A stretch of 64,000 nucleotides of DNA from Thalia democratica (taxonomy: Eukaryota), in the NCBI GenBank assembly GCA_965202585.1, contig OZ241829.1:68572001-68636000 (forward strand), given 5' to 3'. This document shows, piece by piece, positions 60,701 through 64,000 of the stretch. The notes below the pieces were generated by a model. The model saw nothing but the letters and a program-made list of their open reading frames with translations. It searched no databases and was not told the origin of the DNA. The number at the start of each line of letters is the position of its first letter. Position 1 is the first letter of the stretch. The translations under genes and the position numbers were made by a program.

Positions 60701-63654
60701 AAATATTTAATGTTTTTTGTTTTTTATGTATTTAATTTATTCTTCAACATATGAACTAAACTACATAAAACGAAATGCTAGACTTAAAGAGGTTCTTATT
60801 TTATTTATTTAATTTATTCTTAAACATATAAACTAAACTACATAAAACAAAATGCTAGACTCAAAGAAATTGTGGTTTAAAACGTACAAAAATATGCACA
60901 TAAAATATGAATACACATTAAAAAACTTAATTTTGTTAAATAGATAAACATAAACACATTTTTAATATTTTAATAAACAACAGACGCAAAGAACGAGCGC
61001 TTGTGGTTCAAGACAAACACCAAGCTCGCCAAATTGTACTTTGATATCGGAAACTACACCAAGATGCAGAAAGTGATTGTTGAAATAAAACAATCATGTC
61101 AGACACCCGATGGTAAAGACGACATGAAGAAAGGTATTAGTAATTTTGCTTAAAACTATTAAGTTTGGCTTATATTTGTTTAAGAACTAAGATTTGAGAA
61201 TAAAGAAATAGCCCGATCAAAAAATAATTTTGTTACTTAAATTTAAAACTTAAGCAATTTCTACTCTTAATCAATATCTAACAAGGTAATAGTTGGTACA
61301 ATTGTAAACTAAAAAAAATAGTTATCAACATTTAAGTTATGCATAAGGTATATCTTGTATTATGACAAACTCCTGCTTTATTTTAAGCACTACTTAGTTT
61401 TAATGTTGTGTCCACTAACTGTATGAGTTCAAATATAACTAACTAGTTTTTTTACATTACTTAATAATAATAAAAATGTTTAGGAACGCAGTTGTTAGAT
61501 GTGTATGCTTTAGAGATACAAATGTACACTGCAATGAAAAACAATAAGAAACTGAAACGGGTTTACCAGCAATCGCTGTTGATCAAATCGGCGATTCCCC
61601 ATCCTCTTACTATGGGTGTTATCAGAGGTAATGATATTGTTTTTACAAAATATATTATACATCATTTTACTATGGGTGCTATACATGGTTATTATATTGT
61701 TTTTATTTAACATATTTTATTTCCAATAACTACGGGTGTTATTAGAGGTAATTTTATTGTATTTAACTAAATATATTTCACAGTCTCTTACTTATGGTGT
61801 TATCAGAGGTTATTTATTTATTTTTTTTTAGTTATATTTCACAGTTTCTTATTATAGGGTATATAATATATTTTGATTTAGATTTGAATATATTTGATAT
61901 CATTCTATTTAGTGTCCTATTAAATGTTTAAAATTCATTTAAACGAAAAACACTTATATTCAACTTAATACAAATAATATTTTTTTAGCTTTTAATTATT
62001 ACATCACAAAGGAATCAAAATTTAAAAAAACTTATAAGCTAACATTTTTACAATTTTATTTTGCTAAAAAATATTGTTCAATATTAATAAATGCATCATT
62101 AATAGTATTTATACAATTTGATAAATTTTATTATTAGATAATAACTATTAACAAACTTATTTAATTTTACAGAATGTGGAGGAAAAATGCACTTGCGAGA
62201 GAATGATTATGATAAAGCTCACACTGATTTCTTTGAAGCTTTCAAGGTTTGTAAAGAATATAGATATAAATAAATGTTGAGTTGTTAAATTGATTTTGAA
62301 AAATATTGTTAATATTACAAATTTGTATTAGAAAATGTTTTTAGTTTAATCTGTAGATTTACCAGTATTAAAAAGTTTCTTAAAAGTTATTTTTTTTTTA
62401 AATTTGCTTGCTGCAAACATGGCCAATAGTATTTAAGGCAAAAATTTTGCTTATTTACTCTAATTGATAAAAAAATGTTTTTAAAAGAATCCTGAATCTT
62501 TCCAACTGAATATCAATAATGAACTCAGAGTTTTACAAATAAAATATACGTTTAGTTTGTATTGAAAAATAATATTGCAAATTAGCTAGGGCAGTCATTT
62601 AAATTTTGTTTTAAATCAATGAATTTGACTAAGTAGCATTGCAAAAAAATAAATTCTTAAACAAATTTCATATAAAAAAACATCTTATTTCCACTCAAAC
62701 AACTTTGCCAACCAGAGTAATTTTTGTTCAAAATTAATAAAAAGTTACTTAGTTAACTATTTTAAATTTTATTGGTTCTACTTTTATATTAAAATTTTTT
62801 ATCATTATTTTATTAAAGATGCAACAAGTTAGTGTTTAACAAACAACAGGTTTTATTCTGAACTAATAACTCAGTTAAATAAATAGCCATCTACCAATTT
62901 ATCATTCATGGTTTTTTTATAACTTTGAAATTGGAATTATAACAATTTGGGATGATAATAAACAAAATTTGCCATAAAAATATTTTAATAAAGCTTTTCT
63001 TAGTTTTTAAACTTAAAAATCCGTTAATTAAAGTGGTCTTTCCAGCTATAAGTCTGAAGCTGTTGTTAGGTTTACCTGCTGGAACACATTTATGTCAGTG
63101 TTTTTGTCGTTAACGACTTTTTCTTAAAATTTACTGCTCTAACTTGTTACTGGGTTGTTTGCTAACACAATATATTACAAAAGAACATATCCAATTATAC
63201 AAAGTTTATACATTATGACTCTAATTTAACAGTACCTGTTTTGTAAAGCCCACTTTTATTATGGTAAGTGAGCTACAAGCAGTAAATAATTATGTTATGT
63301 ATAAGATTTATAAGTAATTGGTATCTTTAAGAATTAGACTGCTACAAAAAAAAAAACTGGTAAACTCGTTTTGTGAATATCCAATTTTACAACAACTTAA
63401 TATGAAGTATTAAATCTCGTGCTTTATCTATTTAATCTTAAAATTGTAAATGTCTAATTTAAAACAAAATAAAGTCACATCAATATTATTCAACAGAATT
63501 ACGACGAATCGGGCTCTCCAAGGAGAACGACTTGTTTGAAATACTTGGTGCTCGCCAACATGCTCATGAAAAGCGACATAAATCCGTTCGATTCTCAAGA
63601 AACAACGCATTACAAGAACGACCCTGACATTCTTGCCATGACCAATCTTGTCAG
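54775..63654 (+). CDS. COPS2: COP9 signalosome subunit 2; 3' end lies outside the window
   Basis: Exons 54775-54816, (56190-56204), 57477-57590, 58581-58712, 60060-60180, 60984-61133, 61484-61627, 62173-62246, 63497-63654, all GT-AG and phase-consistent. They give MSDMEDD...[16 protein letters not shown]...WGFKALKQM...[22 protein letters not shown]...[10 protein letters not shown]...[16 protein letters not shown]...[10 protein letters not shown]...[26 protein letters not shown]. Confidence 0.96.
60730..60866. repeat. ~80-bp intronic tandem duplication
   Basis: tttaatttattctt(c/a)aacatat(g/a)aactaaactacataaaac(g/a)aaatgctagact occurs twice. Confidence 0.8.
61600..61815 (+). repeat. 60-bp-period tandem array of the COPS2 exon 7 end and donor site
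   Basis: G|GT junction-like copies at 61628 (true donor), 61688, 61748 and 61809, each preceded by an actatgggtgttatcagag-like sequence. Confidence 0.85.
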
Positions 63655-63884
63655 GTTTGACTGTTTTATTATTTAATTAAATTATGATTTTTCATAATCT
63701 AATGACCTAGACGTACATGTTATGACTAATCTTGTCAGGTTTAATAGTTTATTTTTTATAATTTAAAGTAAAAGACTTTTATTTCAATTGAATTTATTAA
63801 GGTGTCGGTATTAATCATTAAAAATTTATTTATTTTTGATCATTTTGATTTGAATGATATTTTTGTACTTGTCATTAATAATGT

Positions 63885-64000
63885 CAGGATTGCCACTTTA
63901 CCTGGAAAACCTGAAATTTGAGTAATTTTGAAAAAAAAACTGGAAAAACCTTTAATTTAACCAAAAATCACTTAAAAACCTGGAAAATTTGGAATTAAAA
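63885..64000 (+). mobile_element. Left end of a hAT-like MITE, cut by the window end
   Basis: CAGGATTGCCAC terminus followed by repeated aacctg(g)aaa subterminal motifs; the other end is not visible. Confidence 0.5.

Noticed and set aside
63040-63091. Intronic hairpin followed by ACA-NNN (H/ACA snoRNA-like)
   Set aside because: Single hairpin with only a 7-bp basal stem, no H box and no second hairpin.
38295-63654. Functional cluster of Cul3 adaptors with COPS2 (cullin deneddylase subunit)
   Set aside because: Proximity alone; unrelated genes intervene and nothing suggests shared regulation.

Overview
Eukaryotic, very AT-rich genomic DNA with canonical GT-AG introns, most likely from an invertebrate animal (inference); no bacterial features or CRISPR. 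(1) 331-13755 (-): BNIP2/caytaxin/PRUNE2(BMCC1)-family BCH-domain gene, 12 exons reconstructed by eye with consistent phases (9203 nt, >3000 aa, runs off the window start), including 2.2-kb and 5.85-kb acidic exons. (2) ~17.9-43.8 kb: a ~26-kb nested inverted duplication with five copies or fragments of an intronless BTB plus divergent beta-propeller-like gene. The three full-length copies each carry one different lesion, and their C-terminal halves vary in patches. The arms carry different TE insertions, including a Penelope-like GIY-YIG fragment with a type I hammerhead ribozyme. (3) 44281-45747 (-): spliced exons of a gene missed by the ORF track. (4) 49537-51609 (+): eIF2B-epsilon with no coding introns. 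(5) 54775-63654 (+): COPS2/CSN2, 9 exons including a candidate 15-nt microexon, runs off the window end. The most unusual recurring signal is exon echoes: short intronic copies of exon ends with their splice sites in three unrelated genes. In the BCH gene two echoes differ from the exon almost only at synonymous sites. All alignments were done by eye and reference protein motifs were recalled from memory; no searches were run.
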